From positions 227,492,454 through 227,556,453 of the forward strand of contig NC_133619.1 in NCBI RefSeq assembly GCF_048593235.1: DNA of 64,000 nucleotides. Reading direction: 5' to 3'. Each line of letters opens with the position of its first letter. Positions within the stretch are counted from its first letter, which is position 1. This document shows positions 13,570 through 26,600 of this stretch, piece after piece. Origin of the DNA: Sminthopsis crassicaudata (lineage: Eukaryota). The position numbers and the translations under genes are program-made. A model generated the notes under the pieces. That model was not told where the DNA came from and made no database searches. It was given only the letters and a program-made list of their open reading frames with translations.

Positions 13570-13611
<42 letters not shown>
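13570..13611. repeat. (AC)n microsatellite
   Basis: About 20 AC units, directly visible. Confidence 0.97.
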
Positions 13612-13614
<3 letters not shown>

Positions 13615-16318
13615 GCCAGAGAGAAAGAGATGGAGAGACAGGACAGAGGGAAAAAGAGGCAGAAAAAGCTCTAGCAAGTGTATGGGATAAGACATAGAGA
13701 CTGATAGGTAGAGTATTGGAGTGGGGTGGTATTTATGAGATTAATGTCAGAACTTTTCACCCTGCAACTGTCCACAATATTAATAACCAAAATGGATTTT
13801 AGAAGGCATTAAGGCAAAAGTGATTGAGCTACTGCTGGATGCTAATATTCCGTTCAAGAAAATTGGTTTTAGATAGTGAAGTGGCCACTTCCCCTATCCT
13901 CATCTTCTTCTTGTTATCTGAGATTGAAGAAAGGCATTTTTTTAAATTGTCTTATTTCTTTATAATACCTGACTTAATTGTACTTTAACACGAATTTACT
14001 CTAGATAAAAATGTGATCAATTATAGCTTATTTATTTGTGAATAGTGGATTGTAAATATGGAAACAGTGAATGGTGTTGGTATATATGCTAAAATGAATC
14101 ATCCATAAATTTGAATACTCATTGAGTGCCCAGGAGCATCATGAGATAAAATGATAATGATTTATTAATTGTTATAAATGTCTCAAAGTAGGTAAAGCTA
14201 GATTCGGAGATTTTGATTTCAAGTGAAAGCAGATTAGTTGCCCTTGCTAGCTGGTAGGAACTAGTCTGGCAAGTCATGCTTCCTTCTCCATTGTTAACCT
14301 GCTCTCATACGTGACAGAGAAATCTTGCAGGAGGGTGGAATCAAGAGCAATGACTAGAGGGTAGGTCATGCTGGGGGAGGATGGGGGTGAGACAGAGACA
14401 GCACAAAGGATCAAGATGGAATAGGTTATTAGAAAAGACAAGGTTTTAAGAAGTTGTTAAACTCTGGAAGCTTGGCTGGTCAATAAGGTAGAACAGCTTC
14501 AGAATAGCTGCTGACTGCTTGTAAACAATGGCAACAGACAGTCATGTAGTTCTAGACAAGTGGAGAGAGAATGGCTCATTTTAATTAAAGGCATCTAACA
14601 GCCTCTGAGTCAAAGAGGCAGAACTTCAGTGAAAGACCCTATAAAAAATAGCTCACCAACGTATTATGTGGGAATTAATCATGGAAAGTGACACAGTCAT
14701 TCATATAAACAGCAACAGTGTTAGCAACTTTATACATATGCAGACACTATATTTATATATAAATATATGCATATATGTAATAAATAGCCAGAATGTTTTA
14801 CATGTGGTTCAATGAATGCATATTAATAGATTATGTTGATTCATTATTATAAATTACCATTATAGAAACCAGAGCAAAATGCTTTGCAAACTCTTTAAAT
14901 ACCCTTAGTGCTGGATTTTCTATATCATTCTCTTCATTGAAAAAAATTAAATATATTTGTCTGGGAGATTCTGCAATATTTCCACATAATTGAGCATTTT
15001 TATTGCCCTTTCATTAAAGAATTGGCTTGAAAAGAGTAGCACATATTGAGGTCAATGAAGTGTAATAAAGTTCTAAAATATAATAATCTCTGCTGCTTTG
15101 GAGAAGATATATCAAAATTTTCATTTTTTAAATAAAATACACCATTGTAAAACTAGTTTCAATATAGAGAGGTGCTGCATATTGTTCAACTTATGAGATG
15201 ATAATTTACTTCTAAGATCGTTTTACTAATAAGTAATAGGTAAGAGCAATATAAAGGAATTAGATGAGACTACTGGTTGATAAATGACAGAGAAAATAAT
15301 TTAGGACTATAAATAGCACAAGTATCTCAGGCATAAAAAAGATTTATTTTATATAGAATGTATGAACTAGTCACTTTTACATTTTAACTCTTATAACCTA
15401 TAACATAGCACTAATCTTCTGGGCCGGTTTCAATCTCAAGAGCTTCACTCTAAAATAACCTCCTTTTTGAAGGGGGGCTCATATCAACATACAGGATTTC
15501 CTCTGGGAAATTCAAAATTTGGCCCATGCCTACATCTCCAAAAAAGAAAAAAATTCCCATGTTAGCCTTCAGGCAAAGAATATATCAACTATAGCACAGG
15601 ATTTATTAACTCTGACCAAAAAAAAAAAATGGACCTAAACCCATTAATGTTCAAACTAATTCTCCTTTCTCCTCCTTATTCTGGAGTCCTATTTGGTCCT
15701 TCAATCTTATAGTCAATAAAGAAGTATATGAATTAGTGGGATAAATATTTTAATTTTTATATGGTTTCATTTCATTTTGTGTTAGCAGTTGCCATCTCTA
15801 TGTATTACTACTCAATACTTGCTGACTCAGAGAGTCTGTCCTTGAACAGATGAAACTGGATTGAGATGGTTTCCTCATCTTTAACTAGTTTCCTGTCAAT
15901 TCAGTGCTGGACTTATTTTTTCTTTTGGGCCATTTATATGTCTTCCATTGCTTTCTTTGGTTATGTTTTGTTGTGGTTGAATGGAATGAATTCTTCAAAA
16001 GGCTTTACAGATTTATGTTCATCACCTGATCATATTTTAGTTGCTTTAATATCTTGTCTCCAAATTTAACAAAAAATAGTATATTGTTTTCCATAACATA
16101 TCAAGACTATTTTGGGTACAAAAATCAAATAATGGCCAATAATTCTTAAATGTCAACTACATACAAAAGGTGCCAAAATAAATACACAAAAGTCTAGAGA
16201 ATAAATATAATGCTTTGGGGTTTGCCTTCATTATTATATGTTGAATATTTTATAAATTTCATGGATTTCATTTAATCTAGCAGATAAGAATGCTTTGGCT
16301 TCGATAGAAAATGTCTAA

Positions 16319-16439
16319 GAGGCAGCTAGGTGGCACAGTGGATAGAGCACCAGCCCTGAAGTCAGGAAGACCTGAGTTCAAATGTTATCTCAGACCCTTA
16401 ACACCTCCTGGCTGTGTGACCCTGGGCAAGTAATTTAAT
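16319..16439 (+). mobile_element. WSINE1-type CORE-SINE running into an assembly gap
   Basis: ggcagctaggtggcacagtggatagagcaccagccctgaagtcaggaagacctgagttcaaat...ctgggcaagtaatttaat, then N. Confidence 0.92.
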
Positions 16440-16591
16440 NNNNNNNNNNNNNNNNNNNNNNNNNNNNNNNNNNNNNNNNNNNNNNNNNNNNNNNNNNNNN
16501 NNNNNNNNNNNNNNNNNNNNNNNNNNNNNNNNNNNNNNNNNNNNNNNNNNNNNNNNNNNNNNNNNNNNNNNNNNNNNNNNNNNNNNNNNNN
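16440..16591. other. Assembly gap (N run)
   Basis: Run of N bases. Confidence 1.
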
Positions 16592-17721
16592 AAAGCAGAC
16601 TTTAGGGAAATATCAGTACTCGTAGATATAAACTTAAATGAATCAAGAAGAGAAAAGAATACAAGGAAATATGCTTCTTAACACCTCAGTAACTGCTAGG
16701 GATGTTACTGTGGCTCTTGGTTTGGGGAAAGCAAGCAATTCAATTAAAGGATCATTCATGCTTATGCTGAAACAGGATCAGTCTTTCTGAAGGACAAGGG
16801 GAAAATAAAATTGAAAAAATGACAAAAAAATCTAAGGAATGACAAATTATTATTGTCAAAGAGTCCAATTATTCCAGATAACACAAACAAAGACCTTTAG
16901 GGAGATATGGAATCTGGAAGGACAGTTGCTGATTTTTTTTTTACAGTGTAGGATAAGCTACTTGAACTTGGAAGAATGGAAAGACTAGCACTACTCAAAA
17001 AGTCCCAGATGCTATCAGTTGCTATGAAGAAAAGAAAAATGCTTTTGAAGGGAAAAACAATACCAATAATGCAATATTGAAGATTGGGGGGAAAGTTCTT
17101 CTTTTGATGTTCTTCTTTTGTTTTCTTTTTTCAATACATCACTTAACAAATCCATTTTTTTTAAAGAAGTCCAGGTCAACTTCTAAAATCTGAGTAAGAT
17201 CTTAATTGGAGTAAAAGAATTTCATACTTTTAACTAGTTTTATCTTCAATGAAGAAATGCAGAATCATTGATATATTAAGAAGGACAATTTTTCTGAAAT
17301 AGAAATTTCCAAAAAGCAATAGACTAATACAATATGATCTTGTACTATATCATTTCATAAAAGTTTAAGAAATATATCCAAGAAATATAGGTAAATATAA
17401 TGAGATATACTTCAATGATCTGGGAACTAGCTTTGCTTAAAAGCCACTAAAAAGATACATGTTGAAATAAAGGTGATATTTGGAAAAAATGGATTTTTCA
17501 TCAAAGATGTATTTCATATTTCATATTAAAAAATATTCATGATGAAGAATTAATGAATCCTGTCAAAACCTTATGAACTCAATGCCAAATTATGTAAAAC
17601 AAGTGATCATAGTAAAAGTCATATTGTATATGAGAATTTTTCTAAAGAAATAAAAGTCTGTAAGGCTTTTAAGTTGATAAATGTATTTTATCCTGTCCAA
17701 GTTAATTTGCACATCAATGTA
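16592..17721 (+). mobile_element. Decayed Tc1-family (Tc1/mariner, DDE) DNA transposon with near full-length transposase pseudogene and probable 3' terminus
   Basis: Colinear, stop- and frameshift-riddled blocks: NTSVTARDVTVALGLGKAS (16680), RIIHAYAETGSVFLKDKGK (16748), RNDKLLLSKSPIIPDNTNKDL...TV*DKLLELGR...AMKKRK (16835-17038), EDW-KVL..D (17079-17108), IDILRR..KFPKSNRLIQYDLVLYH (17267-17353), G-TS...KPLK (17423-17452), SCQNLMNSMPNYVKQVIIVK (17558-17617). Followed by AATAAA at 17649 and a ...gcacatcaatg-TA end at 17719-17721. Confidence 0.8.
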
Positions 17722-20559
17722 CCACCAAAGTTGAAATTACCCAGAGTGGGAGACCATATTAGATGGGTAGAAAGGAAACCTACCCTCTGTTGATCACCAA
17801 CTGCCCCAAAGGCACATAGGATCCTACAGACATATAATCCCCTGCTAATGTTGAGCTTCCACCCATTTCCAACAAGTAGAAACAACAATAACAAAAACAA
17901 CAATAACTAGGGGTTGCAAATGATTCAACTATTGCTTCCCATTATCGGACAGTACACACACATGGGCAAGGGAAGAGTTTGCTCCTCTTTGCAGAGACAT
18001 TGTCACTAACTGTTCCTCTGCCCCTACTCCCATTTGGTATAAGCTCTCAGAATTATCTAAAACTCCAGTGCATCCACAGGCAGTTTTGTCATTTCCAGTG
18101 CTCTGACACTATTTTCTACCTCTGTGCCATCTCTGGAGCCCTGTTGTTTCTCCTCTCCTGAGGCCATATGGTTCTCTGATATGCATAGTTCCATAGAAGG
18201 GCCACCTGGTTATGTTGGCTTCCTTCCAGGGAGCTGTATGTCACACCATCTTCCCTCAGCCCATTTCAGCTCTGCTTCTCATATTGCAAAAGACCAAACC
18301 AAGGATTTAGCTCAGATATTAACTTCTTCAGCAATGAGGTGTTAAATGAGTGATAATTACCAGTGAATTTTTATCATTGAAGTTACCATTACTATAGGAG
18401 AAGGGGAGAGGGTTCAAAAGCATTCAAGATGAGGTCAAAACTAATTCACATTCTTTCAAAAACAAATGCCAGCGCTAGAAGAAAGGTATCAATAATAAAG
18501 AGTTAATCTTCTCAAGAGAATTTCACTTCTTTAAGTTAATAAAAGGGGAATCCAGAAGGGCTTCAACAAGTTTATCTTGGATTGATACCACACATTCATT
18601 TTGCATTGTTTTTAAACAAAAGTTTCTTTATTTGGTGAGAGAGACAGAAATTAAATTCTTGTGAAATGGTTTTATCTGTATAGGGAAATGCTATTTTATA
18701 GCAAAACTGTGTCCATTTAAAGCTTTGCTTCAATTTTTCACTGTTTAAGCTCAATAAATCTGAGTGCCAAGTCTCCAGATTTGTAAATGGCTATTTCAAA
18801 ATTCAAGCAGTGATTTCCAATTGAATAGAGACTAGGTAAGAGGCTAACTGTATAAAAAATTCTGTCTTTGAACAATTTCCCTGGTCTTCTGAGATTCATT
18901 GAAAGAGGATTTCATAGCCCTAGGAATGATATCATTTACATTATGCAGTTCAAAAATGCAACTATAGAGTTTTCTCATGTGATGTATTTTTAAAACAGAG
19001 ATTATTGGATTTCCATAGATAATTTATTTTCGTCCAGTAACAAAATCAAGCACTTAACATGGGTGCAGTTTAGAAAAGCATCCAACTATCTCTCCTGGAA
19101 ATAGTATTCCTTAAGTCTTCAGGGAAAAAATAATAAATTAATCCTGGCATCCATTTATATTGAGCTTAAATGTGTGGTATGTGTCCTCTCTGCATGTCAT
19201 CATGCCATTTGCAATCTTACTTTTTAAACATTTTCAGTATTCTTGAAGCTAAAAGCTCTGTCTTCTCAGCCTGTCTGAGGATTGGACCCAATTCTCAGGG
19301 TCTTCTCTTTCTTTTGTTCAGTGCTGTTCCCTAGAAGATTGTGATGTTCCTGGACTGGTAATGGGGTTAGTGTTACTAATCCCATGCTGCTCCATTCCTC
19401 CAAACTGTAGAGAGGAGAGGAAGATACCAGGAAGAGAGGAGGATACCAAACTGTAAATGGTTGCTGGAGAAACAAAATGCTACCAGCCTTTTCATTCTTT
19501 TTCAACCACTCTAACCTTGTAATTTGCACAGAACAAAGGATTATTATGGGTTAGGTTAAAAGATTAAACTTTTCAGTCACTAATGCTTACTATCTTATGA
19601 GACCTCTGGCTAAAAAGTTTAATCTTTTAACCATTATATTTCTTTATCCTATGTAAATTATAAGTCTCTCTCTCAGACTTAGTTTCTTCATCTGTAAAAT
19701 GGAGAACTTGAATTCATAGTCTTGAAAGTCATTTCCAGTTGTAAATGTATGAGCTTCTCATCTTCAGCACATTTCTTGTTTCTTTTTCCTTTTTAGGAAA
19801 TGAACTCTGATGATCTTTAATGTAATTAAGAAATATAATAAAAATAATGAAGTCAATTTTTAGCTATAATTCATATAAGAATAGAAAAAGAGATTCAGAG
19901 GAGAGTTCAAAGAGCAGATATGACTTTAACCTGAACATCCCTTACCTTCTCTGAGAAGATTGAGAGGAATACCTTCCTAACGATTAGCTAAAAGAAAATT
20001 TCATGGCCTTTGAGTGAAAGAACTGAAAGCTGATTGAACATTAGAATCATTGGTTGAATGAATGATCGAGAATTACAGTTTTCTACCAAAGAAGAGAGGC
20101 TTATCACTAGAGTACCATGTATTATGTAACCCTGACAATAGCTACATAGCTTAGGATTCCCTAGAGTAGAGATAAAATGTCTAGTAAAGTGCAATAAAGA
20201 GCAGTGCCTAGAAAAGAGCAGACCCCCCCAAAACAGTGGGATAACATCATCAGAAGAGATCAGCTCTACAATATGTGAGATATGAGTTCATAAAGAATTC
20301 ATTTCTTGTGCATTCACTTTTCCATGAGAGTGCCCTGAGTACAAATGTTCCTTATGCATATGCTTCATGTGTGATTTCCATGCCAAGCTTTCAATCTTCC
20401 ATTGAGAAAGTATCAGTGAGGAATTCTAGAAGTAAAAAAATAAGGGGAAAATATTAGTGAAAATTATATTTATGTTGTTATACCAATATTATAAACTATT
20501 ATAACTGAAAATTAAATTGCTTTCTCTGGGCTTTGTATACTCTTCAAAACAAATGTGAT

Positions 20560-21100
20560 CTCAAAGGATATGGACAGATAATTTTCAGATGAAAAAATTA
20601 AAACCATCTATAGTTATATGAAAAAATTCTTGGAATTATTTGTGATTAATGCAAATTAAAACAACTCACCTCATACTTATCAGAGTGGCTAAGATAATAG
20701 AAAAAGAGAATGATAAATGTTGGAAGGAATGTGGGAAAAATGGGACATTAATGCATTTTTTGGTGGAGTTTTAAACTGATCTAACCTTTCTGGAGAGCAA
20801 TTTGGAATTATGTACAAAAACTATGCAGACCCTTTGATCTAGCAGTGTTATTACTGGTACCTTGGTCCCCCAAGGATTTTACAAAGAAAGGAAAGGGATC
20901 CACATGTTCAAAAAAGTTTGAAGCAGCCTTTTTAATGGTGGCAAAGAATTGGAAAATGAGTAGATGCCCATCAAGGGGGAATGACAGAATAAGTTATGGC
21001 AAATGAAAGTAAATGGAATATTATTATTTTACAAAAAATGATTTTAGAAAGGTCTAAAAAGATTTACATGAACTGATTCTGAGTGAAGCAAACAGAACAG
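20560..21100 (+). mobile_element. L1 ORF2 C-terminal fragment (decayed)
   Basis: aatgcaaattaaaacaactc...gataaatgttggaaggaatgtggga...ctggagagcaatttggaa...ggaaagggatccacatgt; homologous to the other L1 copies in the window. Confidence 0.88.
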
Positions 21101-21270
21101 AGACAGTCAGACAGAGAGGGACGGAGAGACAGAGACAGATGGAGAGATAGAGAGGGACAGAGAGACAGACAGTCAGACAGAGAGGGACGGAGAGACAGAG
21201 ACAGATGGAGAGACAGACAAACAGACACAGACACACAAAGGCAAAGAAACACAGAGAGATATAGAGACAA
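21100..21270. repeat. AG/AGAC-rich tract containing two copies of a 66-bp-period unit
   Basis: acagtcagacagagagggacggagagacagagacagatggagaga starts at 21103 and again at 21169. Confidence 0.9.
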
Positions 21271-21289
21271 AGATTTAAAGCTCTGTCTA

Positions 21290-21615
21290 GTTCTAAATCC
21301 AGAGTTCTCTAATGGAAATTATTGCCTTCTCTTTTCTAGTATTTGGAAGGGAAAGATCTTCTGTAAATAAAGGAATAAGAGATTTAAGAAAAGAGTACAG
21401 AATAGAGCTGAAGTAGGTTATCAGGGGATCAATAAGGGGAAGATAAGAAAGTAACCGTTGGAAGGATGGTATTCTAGGAAAGACCTGGGAGACAGAGGTA
21501 ATAAAAGTCATGGTTAGGATGAAGACAAGAGATTACAATCAGAATTTCAGAGTTTATAAACATGGATATGGAGCATTTGTGGGTGATGACAAGATCAATG
21601 GCTCTACTATGTCTC
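21290..21615 (-). mobile_element. L2 fragment from the endonuclease-coding region
   Basis: Minus strand encodes RAIDLVITHKCSISMFINSEI and is homologous to 24430-24520 of the long + strand L2. Confidence 0.75.
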
Positions 21616-22176
21616 TTTAATCTAGTGTGTATGTATGTTTTAATATACTTATTTTTATACATCAATGTTGCTTTTCCATTTAAAATGTAAGCTTTTTGAA
21701 GGCAGGGAATGTTTGGATTTTTCTTTGTATCTCAGCACTTAATACAGTGCAGGTTTCACATAACATTTAATCAATATTTTTGAGAAAATACATTAAAATT
21801 ATTAATAAAAATATTTTTCTCATCTGATCCAAAGAGACTACATAGGCTCCTGTGCCTGTCATTTTTTCCTCTTAAATCTAATTCTGAAAGGACTTGTAGT
21901 AGCATTAATGTGCTCACATATCAAAAAAGGAGTGAGACTCACAGAAGCCTAGATTTAGAGTTGAAAAAGACCTTGAAGGTCATCTGTCCAACCTCCTCAT
22001 TTTATTGATGACAAATTTGAGATCCAAAGAGGTTAAACAATTTATTCAGAATCATACAAATAGCTAAGGAGCTAAGACAAAGAAAAGACTTTGTCACACA
22101 TAATATGTCAGGAAAATGCTGTAGATACACTTTGGCTGGATTTTTAGAAAACCTTCTGACAGACTCCCATGCTATT

Positions 22177-22315
22177 NNNNNNNNNNNNNNNNNNNNNNNN
22201 NNNNNNNNNNNNNNNNNNNNNNNNNNNNNNNNNNNNNNNNNNNNNNNNNNNNNNNNNNNNNNNNNNNNNNNNNNNNNNNNNNNNNNNNNNNNNNNNNNNN
22301 NNNNNNNNNNNNNNN
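22177..22315. other. Assembly gap (N run)
   Basis: Run of N bases. Confidence 1.
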
Positions 22316-22419
22316 AATAAGCATTTAATTAGCACCATCTATGTTCCTGGTACTGTACTAAGTGTTTTTCAAATATGCCATTTGATTCTCACAATAAATC
22401 TAGGTAGGAACTAGATTAG

Positions 22420-22634
22420 ATAAATAGTGTACTAGAGTCAGGAAGACCCATGTTAAAATCTACCTTAAATACTAGCTGAGTGAATCTGGGCAAGTAATTT
22501 AACTTCTATTGCTTTCAGTTTTCTCATGTGTAAAATAGGGATAATTATAGTATCCAACTCACAAAGTTACTGTGAGGACAAAAAGAAAAAAAATTGAAAA
22601 TTACTTTGCAAACATTGAAATATTTTATAAAATG

Positions 22635-22635
<1 letters not shown>
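22420..22635 (+). mobile_element. MIR, followed by a (CAT)n run at 22636-22667
   Basis: agagtcaggaagaccc...ctgggcaagtaatttaac...tcagttttctcatgtgtaaaataggg...gtgagga. Confidence 0.75.
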
Positions 22636-22667
<32 letters not shown>

Positions 22668-22905
22668 GTTCATTCATTCTTTCAATTGTGTCTGACTCTT
22701 CATGTCCTTATCTGGGATTTTCTTGGCAAAGATATTAGGAATGCTTTATCATTTCCTTCTCTAGCTTATTTTTATAGATGAGGAAACTGAACAAATGGGG
22801 TTAAATTACTTGCCTAGAGTCACACAACTTGTAATTTAATTCATGAATATGAGTCTTCCTGACTCCAAATCCAGCATTCTATCTATTGAGCCACATCTCT
22901 GCTGC
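22668..22905 (-). mobile_element. MAR1-like SINE
   Basis: gtgtctgactcttcatg...ttttcttggcaaagata...catttccttctc...atagatgaggaaactga...gtcttcctgactcca. Confidence 0.8.
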
Positions 22906-22994
22906 TTATTTCTCCTACACCTCCTTGCTTCTCTTTCTTTCCACTTGTTCTCCCTCCTCCATTTTCTTCTCTTATTCCCTTCTCCTCCTAATCA

Positions 22995-23620
22995 TACAAT
23001 TAAGGGGGTTTGAAACAGGCTGAATAAACAGATCTGAAAAGTAATCATTAATGAATCATCAATTGAATTTGAAATGAAGTCTCTAGTAGAATGCCCCAGG
23101 GATCTATGCTTGGTTGGCTTTTTACCATTTAAAATTTTCATTAGTCATTTAGTCAAAAGAATAGAGAGCATACTTAACAAACATACTGATAACATCAAGT
23201 CAGGAGGGATAGTGTTAGATGACAGGTCTAAAAGATCTTGACATGCTTAAATTTTGACCTCTATATAATTAGGTGAAATTCATGCATTTCATGCATAGAT
23301 GTCTTATTATGTGTGGCTATTAAAAGTTTCATTTAACAATGAGAAAGCATAATTAGAAAGCAATTTGGGAACAATTTGGATATATTAATGAATCTCAAGT
23401 TCAATATCAGTCAAAAGAATGATGTGGCAATCAGAAAAGTCTCGTGACCTAAGAGTGTACTATACGGTATAGTATCTTAGATGAAGGAAGTAAGAGCCTC
23501 ATACTGGGTCCTAATCATATCACACTTTCAGGATTATGGGGTACTACATTTATGGAAGGACATTGACAAAATGAAGATCATCCAGAGGATGATGAATGGA
23601 ATGATAAAGAACTGATATTA
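22995..23620 (+). mobile_element. CR1/L3 LINE, RT region (5' part of a split element)
   Basis: MPQGSMLG at 23091 (the VPQGSVLG motif); TDNIKSGGI (the FADDTKLGG motif); ggacattgacaaaatgaagatcatccagagg. Confidence 0.8.
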
Positions 23621-23629
23621 TCTTTATGT

Positions 23630-26600
23630 GTGCCATTCCCTGCTCTCTAGCTATCTCCTCCAGCAGCTTTCTTCCCTCCTATACTAGAGTCTATGTTCTA
23701 GAGGTGGTAGTCTTTTTATTTCTAAGACTTCTGCCTTTGGACCCACCTTTCTAGTATCTTCAACCTTCCCTAAGCTGCATTCCTGACTTTTTGGACTTTC
23801 TCAACTACCTCTTCACAGCAGTTTTCTCACTCTGGAAGTTCATTCTGCCTCTACCTCCTACCCATGTAGAAGTGCACTTCATTCTTAATCTCCCACTTTG
23901 CCCCTTGGCCCTTTCTCTGATTGGTTGAATCCTTCCAGAACCTCCATTTTAAGGAAAGTGTCCAGCCATTTTTAATTCTTCTATGGACACTGCTCCTGAA
24001 TTTCTGGACTTTGTCTCTGTACTGTGACTTCTCTCCCCCCCATTTCCTTCCATCAGCTCCTTCTCTTCTTCCTCCTCATTCACTCAGGTCACTGATCAAA
24101 GGGAGCTCTCCCTTCTCCCTTCATTATTACTTTCAGGTTGTTCTTCCATCACCATTAAACAATAATCTCTCCTTTTTAAAAAGTTTATTCTGTACTCATT
24201 TATCACATAATCAGTGATACACAACAGATAACTGTTATCTGTGAACCTCTAGGATATTCTTCCTTTTTCAATGAGTTAAGTGCTTGGCTCTCACAGTCTC
24301 TCTCCTCCCCAAAATCTGCCTATATATCCATGCATATTGATACTCCCTTAAATACCTTAATTTATCAAAACTGCTGCATTCATTTTTCATGACATTCTTC
24401 CAGCCCACCAGAGATACACATAGAAGTTATACCATTGATCTTGTCATCATCCACAGTGCTTCACATTTATGTTTATGAACTCTTAAACTCCTTTATCTGA
24501 TGGTAATCTGTTGTCATTACAACTCTCATTCTGCCTTGCAAATCTAAACCTTATTCATCATGCTACCCATGACTTTCATTTATCTCCCAGTTCTTTCCTA
24601 AGATACTATCCTTCTAATGTTTACATTTTCTTTCCATTCCCATCTTGATCCCTTCCTAGAAGATCACTTCAGCTCTACACTGTCCTCCTTTCTTGAATTT
24701 GTTATTCCTTTATTCTACAGATCTCTCTCTCTTCCCAATCCCAGGCTTGGATAACTTCCACTCCTTCAATCTTACTGTCATGCTGATGAACAAAGCTGCA
24801 GAAAATGACAAAATTTTGTTGACTTAAAACAATTCAAGTTTATATTACATAGTATTAACTGGGCCCTAACTAATGCAAGACAATTCTTTTATATCCTCTA
24901 ACAGACTTACCATCACATTTACCACAGTGGCTTTTTCAAATCCTTTCATCCCTTGCCAAGCCTCCCACAGATTCCTTTCTTCCTACACTCTCAGCTAAGA
25001 ACCTTTCCTCATATTTTACTAAAAAAAAAATGAGGCCATCTGCAGAGTTCTCTTCCCTGTTCTTCATTTAACTTCACTCAAATGCTTTCTGTCACAGTTT
25101 CCTCCTTCACTCTTGTTTCACATGAAGTGGTGGCCCTTCTCTTTGCCAAAGCAAACCAATCTACCTGCACAAGTTATCCTATTCAATCCTGTCTTCTTCA
25201 GCATATTGTCTTTTCTATTATACATGCTTTCTCATCAATCTTCAGTTGTTCTGAATCTATTGGCTGCTTTCTTACTATTTATAGATGTATTTAACCTCAA
25301 AAAACCCTTACTTGAGTCATCTTTCCCCTCTAGATGTCATCATTATAGTTCTTCCTTTTGTGGCTAAACTCTTCTTTTTCTTCTAAACTACTTCATTTTT
25401 GAAATTTCCTCACTTTGCAGTCTGCTTTCACTTTCATCATCCAACTGAAATGCTTTCTTTAAAGTTATTAATGAACTCTTAATTGTCAAATCTGGTGACC
25501 TTTTCTTAATCCTCATTGATCATAGCATTTGACACTATTCAGCACCTTCTCTTTGGTACTGTCTTCTCTCCAAGTTTTGTGACAGTCCTTTCTTCTGCTT
25601 ATCTCTGTCTAGTTGGTGAATTTTCATTTGGGTTATGCTTACTAACTAGATATACCTCAAAGCTCTGTCCAGGGCCCTCTTCTCTCTCAATATTGTTGAT
25701 CTAATTGTGCGGAAAATTCTCAGATTTACTTGTCCAACATTAACTTCTTTCTTTATCTCCCAAATTTGGCATCTTCAATTCCAGATATCTGGTACTTGAT
25801 GTTCTATGGACATCTTCAATTCAACATGTCAAAACCTAAACTCATTATCACTCCTTCCCCAAAACCTTGCTCAATTTTTAACTTTCCTATGACTGTTGAG
25901 GATCCCACCATCATCGTTTGGGCTTGAAAATTAGTGTCATCCTTGATTCCTTATGTTCTTAAATGCCCTCCCACCATAACTAATTGGTGGTCAAATTCGA
26001 TTATTTTGACTTATTAACATCCCTGTTTTATCCCTCCTCTGTTGTGTTTCTACCCTAGCTCAAACTTTTGCCATGGTACATGTAGACTATGGTTATAGTA
26101 TTCTGGTTCATCTTGGTACCTGTAGTCTCTTCTCACTCCATTCTATCAGCCATCAAATATGATCTTCTTAAAATGTAGGTTTGATTTCTTTTCCTCTAGA
26201 TCTATTCTCTAAATGGCTTCCTGTTTTCTCCAGAGTCAAATATCAAACTCTCTATTTGATTCTTAAAGACATTCATAACCAGACTCCTTTCTAACTTTCC
26301 ATCTTATACTTAATTCCCCTCTGTAGACTTTGTGATACAGTTAAAATAGGCTCTTTGCTTTTCCTCTCATGACAATACCTCTTTGCCTTCTTGTCTACTC
26401 CTTGCTTTATTTGGCTTCCTGAAAGTTGCAAATAAGCCTCACATTCTTATAAAAAAGGCTTTCCCAGTTCTATTTATTCTTAGTGTCTTTTCTCTGATAT
26501 TACCCCCAATTTATTATTTGTATACTTTGTACTTAGTTGCTGGCTTGTTGCCTCCTCCATCAGAAAATGAGTTTCTTTATGTTTGTTTTTCCTTTCTTTC

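Noticed and set aside
16942-16970. tacagtg as the left TIR of the Tc1 element
   Set aside because: It falls inside the transposase-like reading frame (T-V codons of the second HTH), and coding similarity continues about 300 bp further upstream.
19266-19529. Minus-strand ORF starting (V)QITRL, resembling ANOS1 exon-1 LQITR
   Set aside because: Only a 4-residue match, on the wrong strand, with no further similarity; coincidence.
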